Shown here: piece by piece, positions 1 to 11,827 of the stretch
How the letters are laid out: every line of letters begins with the position of its first letter
Position numbering within the stretch: position 1 is the first letter of the stretch
Assembly: GCA_030141605.1 (NCBI GenBank)
Contig: JAQGDQ010001960.1
Span: forward strand, 1-19,263
Direction of reading: 5' to 3'
Origin: Tubiluchus corallicola
Lineage: Eukaryota; Animalia; Priapulida
DNA: 19,263 nt
Translations under genes and position numbers: made by a program
The notes under the pieces: generated by a model
Database searches by the model: none
Seen by the model: only the letters and a program-made list of their open reading frames with translations
Told to the model about the DNA's origin: nothing

Positions 1-70
1 GCAACATTTACATACAAAGTATAAAACAGCATTTTCACTAACTTTAACGGAGAAGTATTTTTTTACTTAC

Positions 71-167
71 CCGATCATTTAGATGTTTTACCACCGAATT
101 ATATTCTAATTCTTTCTCTTGCAGTACTTGTGTATGATACTCTTCTCTGCGTAAGAAATCATGTTCT
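71..167 (-). CDS. PPP1R9A: Neurabin exon F, left-arm copy
   Basis: Mirror of 19095..19191. Confidence 0.92.
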
Positions 168-3100
168 CTGCAAACAATATATGTCGTTAAATCAGAAAAC
201 GTACAAATGTCATCTAACCTTGCAAGTGCCAGATTAGATTATAATGTAAAATGCAGATTTAAACTTCACTGCTACAAAAAAAATCGCTGTGTGACAAGAA
301 GTGAGCATAAAATTTAAATAAGCAAAAACTGTATGGCAGTTAACTCAACAAAATGCAACTTGAGGGTTTTATTTTTCATTTAATTAAAGGTAAGATACTT
401 TTAATTTGCATTAATACATTTAACGAATTTATACATTCTGCTTAGTCAATAATTTGAAAAAATCTGATCGCTAACTGTTAACATTCCAAGTTGTATTAAA
501 TATATTGAAATAAGACCTTAATGTCTTTGCTGTACAACTGCATTTGGGCAATACCAAAAAAAATTTTGGCTCAGGGGTGATTATTCCAAAAGCACATAGT
601 TTCAAGTTATGCTCTAGTTTCTAGCATTAATGTAATATGTAGCTCTCTTACACAACCTTTTGAAAGATGACAAGCATAGCAAAAACACTGTAGAAGGTAG
701 AATCTCTTCTGCCTTCACAGCACTGCAAAACCCTTAACGAAGCCAGTTAAGGCCAAAGACCCTATCGACACCTCACAACTGCACCAAACCAGGAGTCATC
801 AAGAATAACCTAACCAGGATTCAGATTTCAGTCAGTAATACTCACTAAGTAAGTTTAGCATATATACCCACACTGTATTCATTACCTTTGTTGAAACTCC
901 TTTATCAGCTTTTTAGCCTTCATGTATTTTTTCTCGAGTACAATATACTGGCCTTGCGATTCCTCCAGCATGTCCTCATAACGGAGAAGCTCCTTCCGCT
1001 GAGTTTCCACAACTGCCTCCACATCATGCACTTTCTGCGACAAGTTGTCGTTTTTACGCTGTAAGTTATCCTTCTGTTGACTCTCAGAACTTTCCAGTGC
1101 AATAATCTGCCAACAAAAATGATTTTTATGAGAACAAGGTAAAGGTGTTAACTACCCTAGCTACAAGGTGTTAAAAACAGTGCAGTAGATATATGCCGAT
1201 ATGCTGATAAAACCACAGATAAAGGCAGTTGAGTGTTAAGACACAATAATGACATATACTAAGAAATTATACCAATAACTGTTGAAAGTGTGTCATTAAC
1301 AAGTATCTACACAGTATTGAATTTTGTCTGATGTAAAATTGGTATGCTTATAGTTTGTGTTATTTGTTAGTGCACTGTTGTTTTGGAACACCCTGTATAA
1401 AAAAAAGTTGTCATTCTGTTGAATACCAATATTTGCTACACGATAATAAACCAAAAAATATTTTTAATAATTTAAAAATTATTTCCATCTTTCTTTTTCA
1501 AACACAGATTTAACTCAGTTTTCCCTTACCTAATCAAACTAAAATCACCATTTTCCTTTTTTCCTTTTTCAGTCACATACTCTAAAACAGTTTTGCTTTT
1601 GCTCAGTGAACCTATATTTTCCCCTTTTTCAGTAAAAGATTTTTCATTAACAAATATTGAAAAACTGCAATTCACTAGATCATGGAAATATAATTTATTT
1701 CTACTTGACTTTATTGACTCTACTTTTTTAAATTGCAAAAATTTTAAACCAACGCTTTCCAAACCAGTTTCAAAATGTGTCATTGTTCCGAAATTTCTGT
1801 ATACAGCAAAACAACAAAAACTCCAAACTCAAATTCTTGTTTTTGCAAACCATTCACACAGTAAACAGCAAAGTAAACAGTAACCATATTTTTCATACGG
1901 TTTTCAAACGTGCAATTTACTTTTATATATCATGTCTTTCAAAAGCTTTTCAACATAAAAACCAATTTTTTACCTTAGCCTTTGCTTTAGATAGTTCTGC
2001 TTCGGCTACAGCATTCTTAATCTGAGCCTGCAACAAATCAATAAATATTATCCAGTAAATATGCCTGGTTAGAAAGGCATAAATGTAATACACCCACGCA
2101 CATCACAGTACCAAAGTATTACTGCACGTGAAATTATTGCAATACAATGTACCTCTGGCTACACACTCGTGGTTCAGGAAAAACCAGATAATAAAGTTCA
2201 TTGAGGTTCAGGTTTAAAGTTTCAAAATGCTTAATGTTTCAAAAAACATATTTGTTTTACACATTTAACGAGCTTCACTTTAAAATATTAAGCCATTGCC
2301 TTGCCAATTAAAAAATAAAAAAACAAAAAAAAATCAAATGGTAAATTGTAATTAGTAATAAAAAAGTTTGTATGACGTTAACAAATATAATAAGACAATA
2401 ACAAAAAACTATAAATAAACGAAAAAATAAAAAAAGACAGGCAGCAAAAACAAAAATGTTACCACACCTCTTTAAGCTTCAAAACAAGTGAACGGCTATC
2501 CATTTCAGGGCTTAATGAGTCACTGCTAACATCATCTGGCAAATCAAAAACTTCGCAGTGCAACTTTTCCCCTCCAGAGTGCGTCACTGGCGATTGGTCA
2601 TCGAGAGAAGAGAGCGGACTAGTGATGTCTTCCACAGACGCATACTCAGTTGCTAGCATGTCACGTATAGGGGACTCGTTGGGAGTCTAAAACAAGCAAA
2701 ATAACTGACTGTAAAACAAGTACTTAAGAAAAAAGATGAAGCGTACATTTGACACAGTTCCGTGAGCCTGCGGATCTGCAGAATCACCGATTTGGGTGCA
2801 CAACAGTTTCTAAAGAGTTACAGAGCTGTGGATCCCCATTGCTTGAGGACCTGGCAGTGTTGCTGACTCAGGTTACTCCTTAACTATTATTCTGCACTCT
2901 ACACTTCAAGCTGGAAGTGTAAGTTTTATGACAGCTTAGTCTTTTTTTCTAAAGTACAGGCTAATAATGTACTTACAGATAACTTAATCACCAAGTTAAA
3001 TTATCATCTCAACTTTAGAACTTTTTTATTTTTTTATGTCATGGCTTTCTGGATGCAGTTAATGACATAAAACAATGCAAAAAAACAAGACTGTTGTTAC

Positions 3101-4860
3101 AGCCAGCATGTCGATGAGCAGCAGAGACATGTGTAAGAGGTTAACTATAACGTCCATTTAGTATGTTTCTGTATTCAAAACATTAGTTTGTAACTCTATG
3201 CCAGGACTAAAACGTTTCAGAAACAAAAATTAAGCTATCCCAAAACACTAACAGTACACATGCCATAAATTAAGGAACATTTGCTAGTCACTGTCTATGT
3301 GCACAAGAACTAAATCAGTAAAATGCAATAAACGTCAGAAACATCATGATTTGGAGGAAACAGAAAACATATTCTCCCTTCCAGTACAAATTAAGAAAGC
3401 TGTACAACATGAAAAATTTGCAATATTATAGCTAAATCAGAATCAACATACTCCCTGGTGCTGTTCATCTTCCTCCTCCTCATTCTGTTCTTGTTGAGCA
3501 TGAGAACACGACTTTAAGTACTCCTCAATCTTCCTCCTCTCTTCATCCTGCTCCCGCTTCCGCTGCTCTCGTTTACGATCTTGCTCAATGGACTGACTGA
3601 TCAGACGTGCAATCTCACTATTTTTCTGATCTTTTTCGCGACCGATCATAAACCTGCGAGAGAGTTAAATATTAATTAGATTTTAAACTGCAAGCATAGA
3701 TACAGTGTTACAGTGTGAAAAACAGCGCAATTCACCTTGAAATGTCATCTCAGCGTATGCAACATGCGATGAAATGAGGCGAGAGAGCTGTAAAATTACC
3801 CCATAAGTGTCAATTATTGATTGTTGTTTATTGCTGCTTGGTCGTCAAACACCCTTCAAAACTAATTCCAATATTTGGCCCAATATTGTGTCACATGGTG
3901 ATGCTATATATAAAATTGAAACCAAATTTACACTATACAAAACAGAAAACTAACTGGAACACTTCAAAAAAGGTTTGAGTTCAATAATTACATTGCAAAA
4001 AGAGCATTCCTGTAATTTTTGTATGCCAGGTTTCAATGCTCAATAGTGGGACTGCTTAAAGTAAACGCTTGCAGATGGACCAGAACCCATTGCTATTCTT
4101 TAACATGAGACCCCCGGACTGGTAGAAGTGCTTTAGCCATGTTCCGCCATGAAATAGCAGTATTGCAGTTTAGGCAGTCATCCATCAACCATCCATTTCA
4201 CTGGCTTAGTGTTACTGAACTTTGATAACTACATATACATGCACTCACACTCTATACTGGTAATCAGGTAGTCGACGATTTATGACCTAAGCAACTTATT
4301 GACTTTACGATCCAACCGCAACTTAGTTAATCAATTATACAAAACCGATTACAACTCATATTTCCCTCTATTTTTAAACAAATTAACTTTAAATCACTAT
4401 CTGTTTTGATAAATTCATCGTTGGCGCTGCCATACTAAGTGCACGTACATACACAAAGTACTCCATGTAAGGGGTACACTGCTTGAATATATGCACGTCA
4501 ATTATGCAGGTCCGATTCATCTTACGACAAATTACGGCAGAATCGGAATTATGGTAGTAAGTCGATAACTACCTGTAATGAAACTTTCTGCATTCAACTT
4601 GCAGAAGCAAAAAACTTTACTTACTTACCATTGTTTGATGTACATGTTATTTTATAGCTGGCATAGATAATTAAAGGCCCATGAAAATGTTCATGTTAGT
4701 TTTGCAAGTTTTCTTTGGAACAACAACTTGAATTGCTGTAGCAAGGAACACTCACCTCACCAGACCAGACGTGTTGCGCAACACGGACGCAGCGTAGGCT
4801 TGCGACACTCCCACCAAGCTCTTCCCGTCTACTTCAACGATCTGATCATTTACCTGGATT
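71..4860 (-). CDS. PPP1R9A: Mirror copy of the neurabin/spinophilin partial CDS: complement(join(71..167,886..1106,1974..2027,2468..2686,3452..3653,4756..4860))
   Basis: Reverse complement of the + strand copy, with the same splice sites and peptide. Confidence 0.95.
886..1106 (-). CDS. PPP1R9A: Neurabin exon E, left-arm copy
   Basis: Mirror of 18156..18376. Confidence 0.93.
1164..1395. mobile_element. Tc1/mariner-type MITE, 232 bp, TA target-site duplication
   Basis: TA|CAAGGTGTTAAAAACAGTGCA at the left end and TGCACTGTTGTTTTGGAACACCCTG|TA at the right end. The ends pair with a 4-bp indel. CAGGGTG termini are typical of mariner-type elements. Confidence 0.65.
1974..2027 (-). CDS. PPP1R9A: Neurabin exon D, left-arm copy
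   Basis: Mirror of 17235..17288. Confidence 0.9.
2468..2686 (-). CDS. PPP1R9A: Neurabin exon C, left-arm copy
   Basis: Mirror of 16576..16794; overlaps ORF 2459..2659. Confidence 0.88.
3452..3653 (-). CDS. PPP1R9A: Neurabin exon B, left-arm copy
   Basis: Mirror of 15609..15810; overlaps ORF 3443..3649. Confidence 0.93.
4265..4575. mobile_element. Tc1/mariner (Tigger/pogo-like) MITE, 311 bp
   Basis: 23-bp imperfect TIRs CAGGTAGTCGACGATTTATGACC versus (reverse complement) CAGGTAGTTATCGACTTACTACC match at 17/23. TAAT flanks both sides. Internal CTTACGAC at 4521 resembles the TIR motif. Confidence 0.7.
4756..4860 (-). CDS. PPP1R9A: Neurabin exon A, left-arm copy (PDZ)
   Basis: Mirror of 14402..14506. 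Confidence 0.95.
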
Positions 4861-7434
4861 CTGAAATGAAAACATCAGTGTACCATGGTGCGGCCTTTAA
4901 TAATGATATTTATACCAAACAAGGTATATTGCCATAATCAATTACACAGCATAGATCAATATAACAACATTAGTAGCTAAACCAACTGATAATTTCACTA
5001 CTACTAGTACTAGTCTACTATCATGACTACACAGTAGATGTTTCTGAAATATAAAAAACACGCGTCTGTGATGGTAACAAGAATTCGTATTTATATAAGC
5101 ACTAATATATAACCTGCAATGACAGTTTTCTTCAAAAGAAAATTGACAGATCAAATAAGCACAACAGACAATAAGACAGTGCATTTCACAGGCAGATACA
5201 AAACTGTAAATAGAAAATAGAATGTTAAATAGGAAACGAACTAGAGGAAGAGCATGTAAAGCCTGCCACTTATAATGACAATAGAACAAGTTACAGTAAA
5301 TAAGAAACAATGCCCGAGTGATAAAAAACTTGACAATCTGACGCACGTAATTAGAAATCTTGTCAATACATCTTCATTTACACTCTTTGATGTAGCTCCT
5401 AATTATGCCAATTACAGACTAAATATACAGAATGTAAGTGACGTACACAAAAATATGTGATGCAACATAAGACTTCTTTATTTTATTCTGTTATAGCATA
5501 CAAACATATTACGTACATACGTTCAAAATAAAGAAGTTTTACTGTAACATCACAAATGCTACCGCAATATTTCATGCAGAAATGTCAACTTCTAACCAAT
5601 CAACCAAACACACTGTATCACTGGTAGTCTTACATCAATTAGAAAGTAAATTTACAATCCAATCTGAGAGCTGCTGATCACATACTGTTATATAACTCGC
5701 ACTGCTCTACAACATGACTAAATGCTCAAATGAAGCCAGCTGATGCACATGTGTGCAGCCTCTCATATAACACTAATGTTACAGGCATCCCAAGTGAAGC
5801 CATTTTTATACAGGCTACAGTGCACAAGCTCACCAGGGAGCACTGAAATTTCAGCATCATTTGTTTTTACAAAGTTTTATGCACTTTGGCAACAATTTCA
5901 TGCAACATGTCTAGAGAACTGCGTGTTAATGTCGGCAGTAAACTGTCCATTTAAAACTTGAGCTGTAAAATAATGACAGTGGTGGAACTATGACATGCAT
6001 TAGGCTTGAATGTCACAGCATCCTATAGCAAAGTTGACATTATGCAATTCTAAAAAAAGATCCCTTTTCCTAAGTCTGCCTCTTAGCAGTGTCAGCCTCT
6101 TCATGGTAAGATGCCCTTTGACAGTATTGAACTAAAGGCTAAACCCAAGCTCACTGGAAAGTTGGTCAAGTTACGTTTATTTGCATTACCAGTTGTTCCT
6201 TGACAGAATTTGATTATAACAGTCTGCAGTAGCACTTTTTAACTATTATTTGCCTCAATTCAAGCCCAGAGATTAATCAGCTGACGAACCAACTTCGGTC
6301 ATCATTCTAAACTTTAACAAGAGTTGACGATGCTTTATCATCAAAAATGATCCCGAGCTAAAACCTTAGATCAAAGTGTCTTAAATTACAAACAAATTGA
6401 GAATTTGAAGTTACTCACTCATTACATCTGTTGAAGAAAGATGATACAGAACGAAGGAACATCGTTTATGATCACCACAGTAACATCAATAGGCAAACAA
6501 TGTTAGTGGATAAATAAAATAAAGGAATTAATTTTTCCGTCTGCATTTTGCGTCATTTTTTTAATTCAGTGATCTGTAGTCTAGTAAAATGCTTATAAAA
6601 AAACAAAAAAGAATAGTATTTAGAACCTTTTTCTATATGTCATCATTGCCTTCGTCGTTGTTAGTGCTTTTGTCTAAATTGCTGCTGCGGCTACTCTTAG
6701 TACACTGTGTGTAGTGAATTGAAACATTCTTAAGTTAAAAGAAATCTAAATTTCGTCTATAATACTTGTATGTGACAACTGCTGAAAGTACTGGCACAAA
6801 CCCAGCTGGAGTTTTAGATTTTGGAACATTGATTTGACCAATATTTGAAACAACTTTTTAAATTTAGTTGCGGTTTTGATAATTAGTAGCCCAAACCCAA
6901 AATTTACGCAAATAACTGGAAGCTATCAACACTTTTAAATCTTCTGTTGGTTCTACAGAAGGTTTGTCAACTCTGGTTAAATGCCTACAACACATGCAAG
7001 CTGGAAGCCAAACTGTTAAAGGAAAAATCAACCCTCACACAATATTCATTGCATTTTAATATACACTTAGCAAAATTGAAATTACCACACAATATATGCA
7101 ACGTAAAATGCCTAGCTTAAAAATTTAAAAGAAATTTAAATCATTCTTACTTCTGGACATTTGCTTACGTTGCACAGTAACCAAATGATGCCATTTCTTG
7201 TTCCAAATTATGTGATCATGATGTAAATTGCATTGATTTAAATTAATTACACAAGGTGCTTATCATAATTTTATTAGTGAAACTTAAATATTTTTCTTAA
7301 AAATTAAAATAAGCTCAACTTTCCGAGTGACTGGGCTTTTCCTTTAAACATAAACCAAAAGTTGGACAATGAAAGGTGGTGTGTTGAAATTTTGAGATTT
7401 AAACTTAAAAATTCATTAATGAAACAAACATTAA

Positions 7435-9533
7435 AGGGGGAATATCATGAAAATCAAGTTAAACTTATTTTACAGTTGCCTTCCCTGGGAACAATTTGGC
7501 GAAAAATTTTTAGCAGTACGTTGTCTAATTAATGAGCAATTAACTTTTTTGTATCTCACGGGAAACGCCATGGAGCTGCACTTACGCCTCTCCCGGTGAA
7601 AAAATTGAACTAGCGCAGCTCAGGCCAATGACGTAACAGAGTGTACCCGCAGCTTGTTGTGATACTGTCGTACACGACTGGGCTAAAAATAAAGCTGTTA
7701 TTACTACATTACAGCATTTGACCACGGTTCGGATAGGTAGTCAGTTGATAGAAATGATTGTCGTTGCACTCGTTAACATGTTTTCATAAAAAGCGATATA
7801 TTTTACTATCGTCGAAGGTTATTGGTCCATCATAGTATATTCTAATAGAGTGTAAACAATCATTGCGCAAAAGTAGGCCTACAGCATAATTGTGAAAATT
7901 CTTGTGGCATTAATTGAAAACATTGTCAGCAATATAAGCTGTAAAGTCTGGGCCTTGGTAACAAAAGTTCTTTTCTGGTAAAACAAGTCCGATATAGTAA
8001 CTTTATTCTGCTAGAAGAATTAATGAATTTGTAAACATAGAGAAACTCACTGAAGCATAACTATAATACTAGTGTGACAATTTTTAGTGACAGCTTCATT
8101 TTACCAGCCTTGACAAAAAATATGTGAACCCCATGGACACAGAGACTATAACATATTAGCTGTAGACTTATTGATTAAACATATATGAACATTTTTAATT
8201 TTGTCGTGTTTCAGTTATTTAAATCAGTAAGACTTAATATCAACCAGAACTTTAACCGTTGTTCGTTAGCTTTTGTTTTTACATGATAAAAACATGTTGC
8301 GTTTATTTTTACACAGCAATATTATTAAAATATTAGGATTAGATAGAATTATTGTGGGCAGTTAGACTGAAATAAAAATTAATGATAATAATACATTTAA
8401 TATTAATGTAATTATTATTCACTATTACAAAATAAAAAACTAACGATATAATGTGATGCGATGACAAAATAATTATTTATTGTATTTTTTCAAGCAAGGT
8501 TATTCTGACACTCATTCTATTACAAAGTTGAAAAAAGCACATGTAGTACAAAATAATCCAGTACAACGCTCTTTGTGCTACACAAATTACCAAATACACT
8601 GAAGTCAGTGTTTATGGTGTAAGGATTAACAATGTGCAGTTATCAATTTACAATGTTTTTTCTTTAGTTAATATTCAAAATTCTGGAAAAAGCATCATAA
8701 ATAAAATTTTAGCGCAAAAAATTGCATTACGTAAAGTAATTGCGATATTTCTATTTAAATGGATACAAATCTGGAGATGACTAAACTGTATCGATAAACT
8801 ATGCACTTGTGCTTAAAATGAAACAAAAAAGACACTACAAAAATCTGCATCTAACCGAATCTCTCCGAAGTGTAAGCACAATATTTTTAACACTAGAGTT
8901 CATCATGTTCTAAACTCACATTTCAAAGCAACAGCCAACAAATTATCACACAAGTTGTAGAAGTGAATCCAGGTTTTTAGATTGTTTTTTCATTGCTTCA
9001 ATAATTTTCTGTTGCTCATTGGAAACCAAAAGTTATTATATTTTGGCTTCGTATTTCGATACTTTCCGTCTGACTGTTGCATCCCGTCTAATTGCTGAAT
9101 CCTAGTGTAACACATTCCACGGCCCTTTTTTAATAAGAACAATCAAGACCAAAACCTAGCAAATCACGCATTCAATTCACAATAAGCTAATCTTTACCGT
9201 TATACCACACTAGGTATAAACTGCGTAAAAGTACTGTATGCTGAATGCTGTTTGTCGATGTAATCAAATACTCAAACTAGTGTTGCGTACAATAGTTCTC
9301 CCCTTGGGCATTTTGCCAAGTTTCATCTGTAGTACGGCAATTTCGCCACCAGAGGCGCAGGTGCAGATACATGCTCAATAGCAATAGTCAAATGTTCGTT
9401 TTGTGTACAATTTTATCAGAACTTTTGCCAAGGATTCTTAAACATGAAATTTTCGTCAAGAAAGTACGTATTTCTATTCACAATATAATCGCGAGTTATT
9501 CAAGCTCAACTTAATTTTGGTGATATTCATCCT
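7435..9533. mobile_element. Non-autonomous Kolobok-like DNA transposon, 2099 bp, TTAA target-site duplication
   Basis: TTAA at 7431..7434 and 9534..9537. Imperfect 32-bp TIRs AGGGGGAATATCATGAAAATCAAGTTAAACTT versus (reverse complement) AGGATGAATATCACCAAAATTAAGTTGAGCTT match at 25/32. A TTAA TSD with AG... termini fits Kolobok rather than piggyBac (CC...). No ORF of 60 aa or more inside. Confidence 0.8.
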
Positions 9534-10571
9534 TTAAATCTTTATTCTCTTCATCTAAAGAAAGACCACATTTACACCTCTTCAGAGCAAATGAATGAAA
9601 CATTCAGTTTACAAAAAAAATTATAGGTTTTGTATTTCACCTTTTAAACTAAGTGACAAATGAAAACCCATTTATGGTATTAAAACAAACATGATTCCCA
9701 GTCTCTAAACATCAGATCAGGATGCTGTTGCCTCCAGTGCAAAACTAGCATGAGTGACTACATCACTGAGAAAGTGAGAAAAAATCTTTGCTTAGTAAAC
9801 ACCTTTTGAGCCTGGAAAGCAACAAATGTTGGCTTGCACATCCCAAAAAGGCACAGTAGCCAAAGCAAAAAGACCAGCAACAAGACAGGCACCATAGAAA
9901 CATCAGCAATAAATCGTGAGAATATCGGACACTACTTTCAGGAGAAGTATTGAAATGTTTAGCTATAGAAGTATGCAATACTAGTTGAAGCGTTAAAATC
10001 AACCTATTGCTAATTGAAGACAACCCGGATGATTTCCCGGTTACAGTAGCTTTGAAATCAAAGTTCTTAGATCCAGAAGAGGGGCAACTTATTGCATGTG
10101 TATTTGGAACACTTAATTACACATAGCAGATGTGAGGCTTATAAGTCCTCTATCCACTGGCAGTATAGAAACTGGGTGCGGCAAGCCATTAACATATGAC
10201 TTTCCACTGAGTGAGTTAGAATAAAGGAAAGCCAGAAATTCTGATAAAAATGTGCTCCAAAAAGCACTCAAAGGCAATGCTAGTATAACAAATTGGGAAG
10301 ATGAAGTTACAAACACAAGTAAATCACATAAAGTCATCAAGAATGGCATCTATAATATAGAAGGCAGAATACAGGAATATTTTACAAAAAAATAAATAGT
10401 TGCCATATGTTGGTAGTTGATAGTTGTCCGCTGTAAGCACACTGCAGAATATATGAATAGAGATTTGATCCAGATAGGATGAAAACATGCCAGAAAGTAA
10501 ATAAAAATTTCCAATGTCAATGAACCTCGCATCTAAACTGTCAGTAGACTAGAAAATTTTATATATGATGC
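8691..10571. other. Single-copy spacer (loop) of the palindrome, 1881 bp including the degenerate ~20-bp junction repeats
   Basis: No mirror symmetry inside 8711..10552. The three ORFs here (9763..10023, 10113..10349, 10350..10532) have no mirror partners. Confidence 0.97.
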
Positions 10572-11827
10572 TTTTCCAGAATTTTGAATATTAACTAAAG
10601 AAAAAACATTGTAAATTGATAACTGCACATTGTTAATCCTTACACCATAAACACTGACTTCAGTGTATTTGGTAATTTGTGTAGCACAAAGAGCGTTGTA
10701 CTGGATTATTTTGTACTACATGTGCTTTTTTCAACTTTGTAATAGAATGAGTGTCAGAATAACCTTGCTTGAAAAAATACAATAAATAATTATTTTGTCA
10801 TCGCATCACATTATATCGTTAGTTTTTTATTTTGTAATAGTGAATAATAATTACATTAATATTAAATGTATTATTATCATTAATTTTTATTTCAGTCTAA
10901 CTGCCCACAATAATTCTATCTAATCCTAATATTTTAATAATATTGCTGTGTAAAAATAAACGCAACATGTTTTTATCATGTAAAAACAAAAGCTAACGAA
11001 CAACGGTTAAAGTTCTGGTTGATATTAAGTCTTACTGATTTAAATAACTGAAACACGACAAAATTAAAAATGTTCATATATGTTTAATCAATAAGTCTAC
11101 AGCTAATATGTTATAGTCTCTGTGTCCATGGGGTTCACATATTTTTTGTCAAGGCTGGTAAAATGAAGCTGTCACTAAAAATTGTCACACTAGTATTATA
11201 GTTATGCTTCAGTGAGTTTCTCTATGTTTACAAATTCATTAATTCTTCTAGCAGAATAAAGTTACTATATCGGACTTGTTTTACCAGAAAAGAACTTTTG
11301 TTACCAAGGCCCAGACTTTACAGCTTATATTGCTGACAATGTTTTCAATTAATGCCACAAGAATTTTCACAATTATGCTGTAGGCCTACTTTTGCGCAAT
11401 GATTGTTTACACTCTATTAGAATATACTATGATGGACCAATAACCTTCGACGATAGTAAAATATATCGCTTTTTATGAAAACATGTTAACGAGTGCAACG
11501 ACAATCATTTCTATCAACTGACTACCTATCCGAACCGTGGTCAAATGCTGTAATGTAGTAATAACAGCTTTATTTTTAGCCCAGTCGTGTACGACAGTAT
11601 CACAACAAGCTGCGGGTACACTCTGTTACGTCATTGGCCTGAGCTGCGCTAGTTCAATTTTTTCACCGGGAGAGGCGTAAGTGCAGCTCCATGGCGTTTC
11701 CCGTGAGATACAAAAAAGTTAATTGCTCATTAATTAGACAACGTACTGCTAAAAATTTTTCGCCAAATTGTTCCCAGGGAAGGCAACTGTAAAATAAGTT
11801 TAACTTGATTTTCATGATATTCCCCCT
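10572..11827. mobile_element. Truncated inverted copy of the left 1256 bp of the Kolobok-like element
   Basis: Mirror of 7435..8690; ends ...GATATTCCCCCT followed by TTAA (11828..11831); cut at the palindrome junction. Confidence 0.78.

Larger units (their letters stand above)
1..8690 (+). repeat. Left arm of giant inverted repeat (palindrome); partner 10572..19261
   Basis: Ten ORFs have identical mirror ORFs whose coordinates sum to 19262. The start gcaacatttacatac is the reverse complement of the sequence ending at 19261. Exact pairing holds to 8690/10572. Spot-checked homopolymers match in length. Confidence 0.99.

Noticed and set aside
4728-4937. 69-aa ORF MNCCSKEH... (mirror 14325..14534)
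   Set aside because: Antisense shadow of the PDZ exon.
5003-5014. Small local palindromes (ACTAGTACTAGT; also near 3871..3888 and 10022..10042)
   Set aside because: Short, and expected by chance in AT-rich or low-complexity DNA.
4942-5961. ORFs of 134, 61 and 72 aa and their mirrors (13301..14320)
   Set aside because: Intronic, with composition reflecting AT-rich DNA and no recognisable domain. Their duplication only reflects the palindrome.
9344-9358. CTCF-like motif CGCCACCAGAGGCGC
   Set aside because: One base shorter than the CTCF core spacing in either orientation, and inside a transposon.
9763-10532. Three minus-strand ORFs in the spacer as the missing neurabin 5' exons
   Set aside because: Correct strand for the left copy, but no PDZ or PP1-binding similarity; the Leu/Phe/Ser-rich composition is typical of T-rich non-coding frames.
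7435-11827. Alternative (sister-chromatid) transposition as the cause of the inverted duplication
   Set aside because: That mechanism places breakpoints at transposon termini. Here they lie inside the element (8690) and about 1 kb beyond it (10572), at a microhomology.
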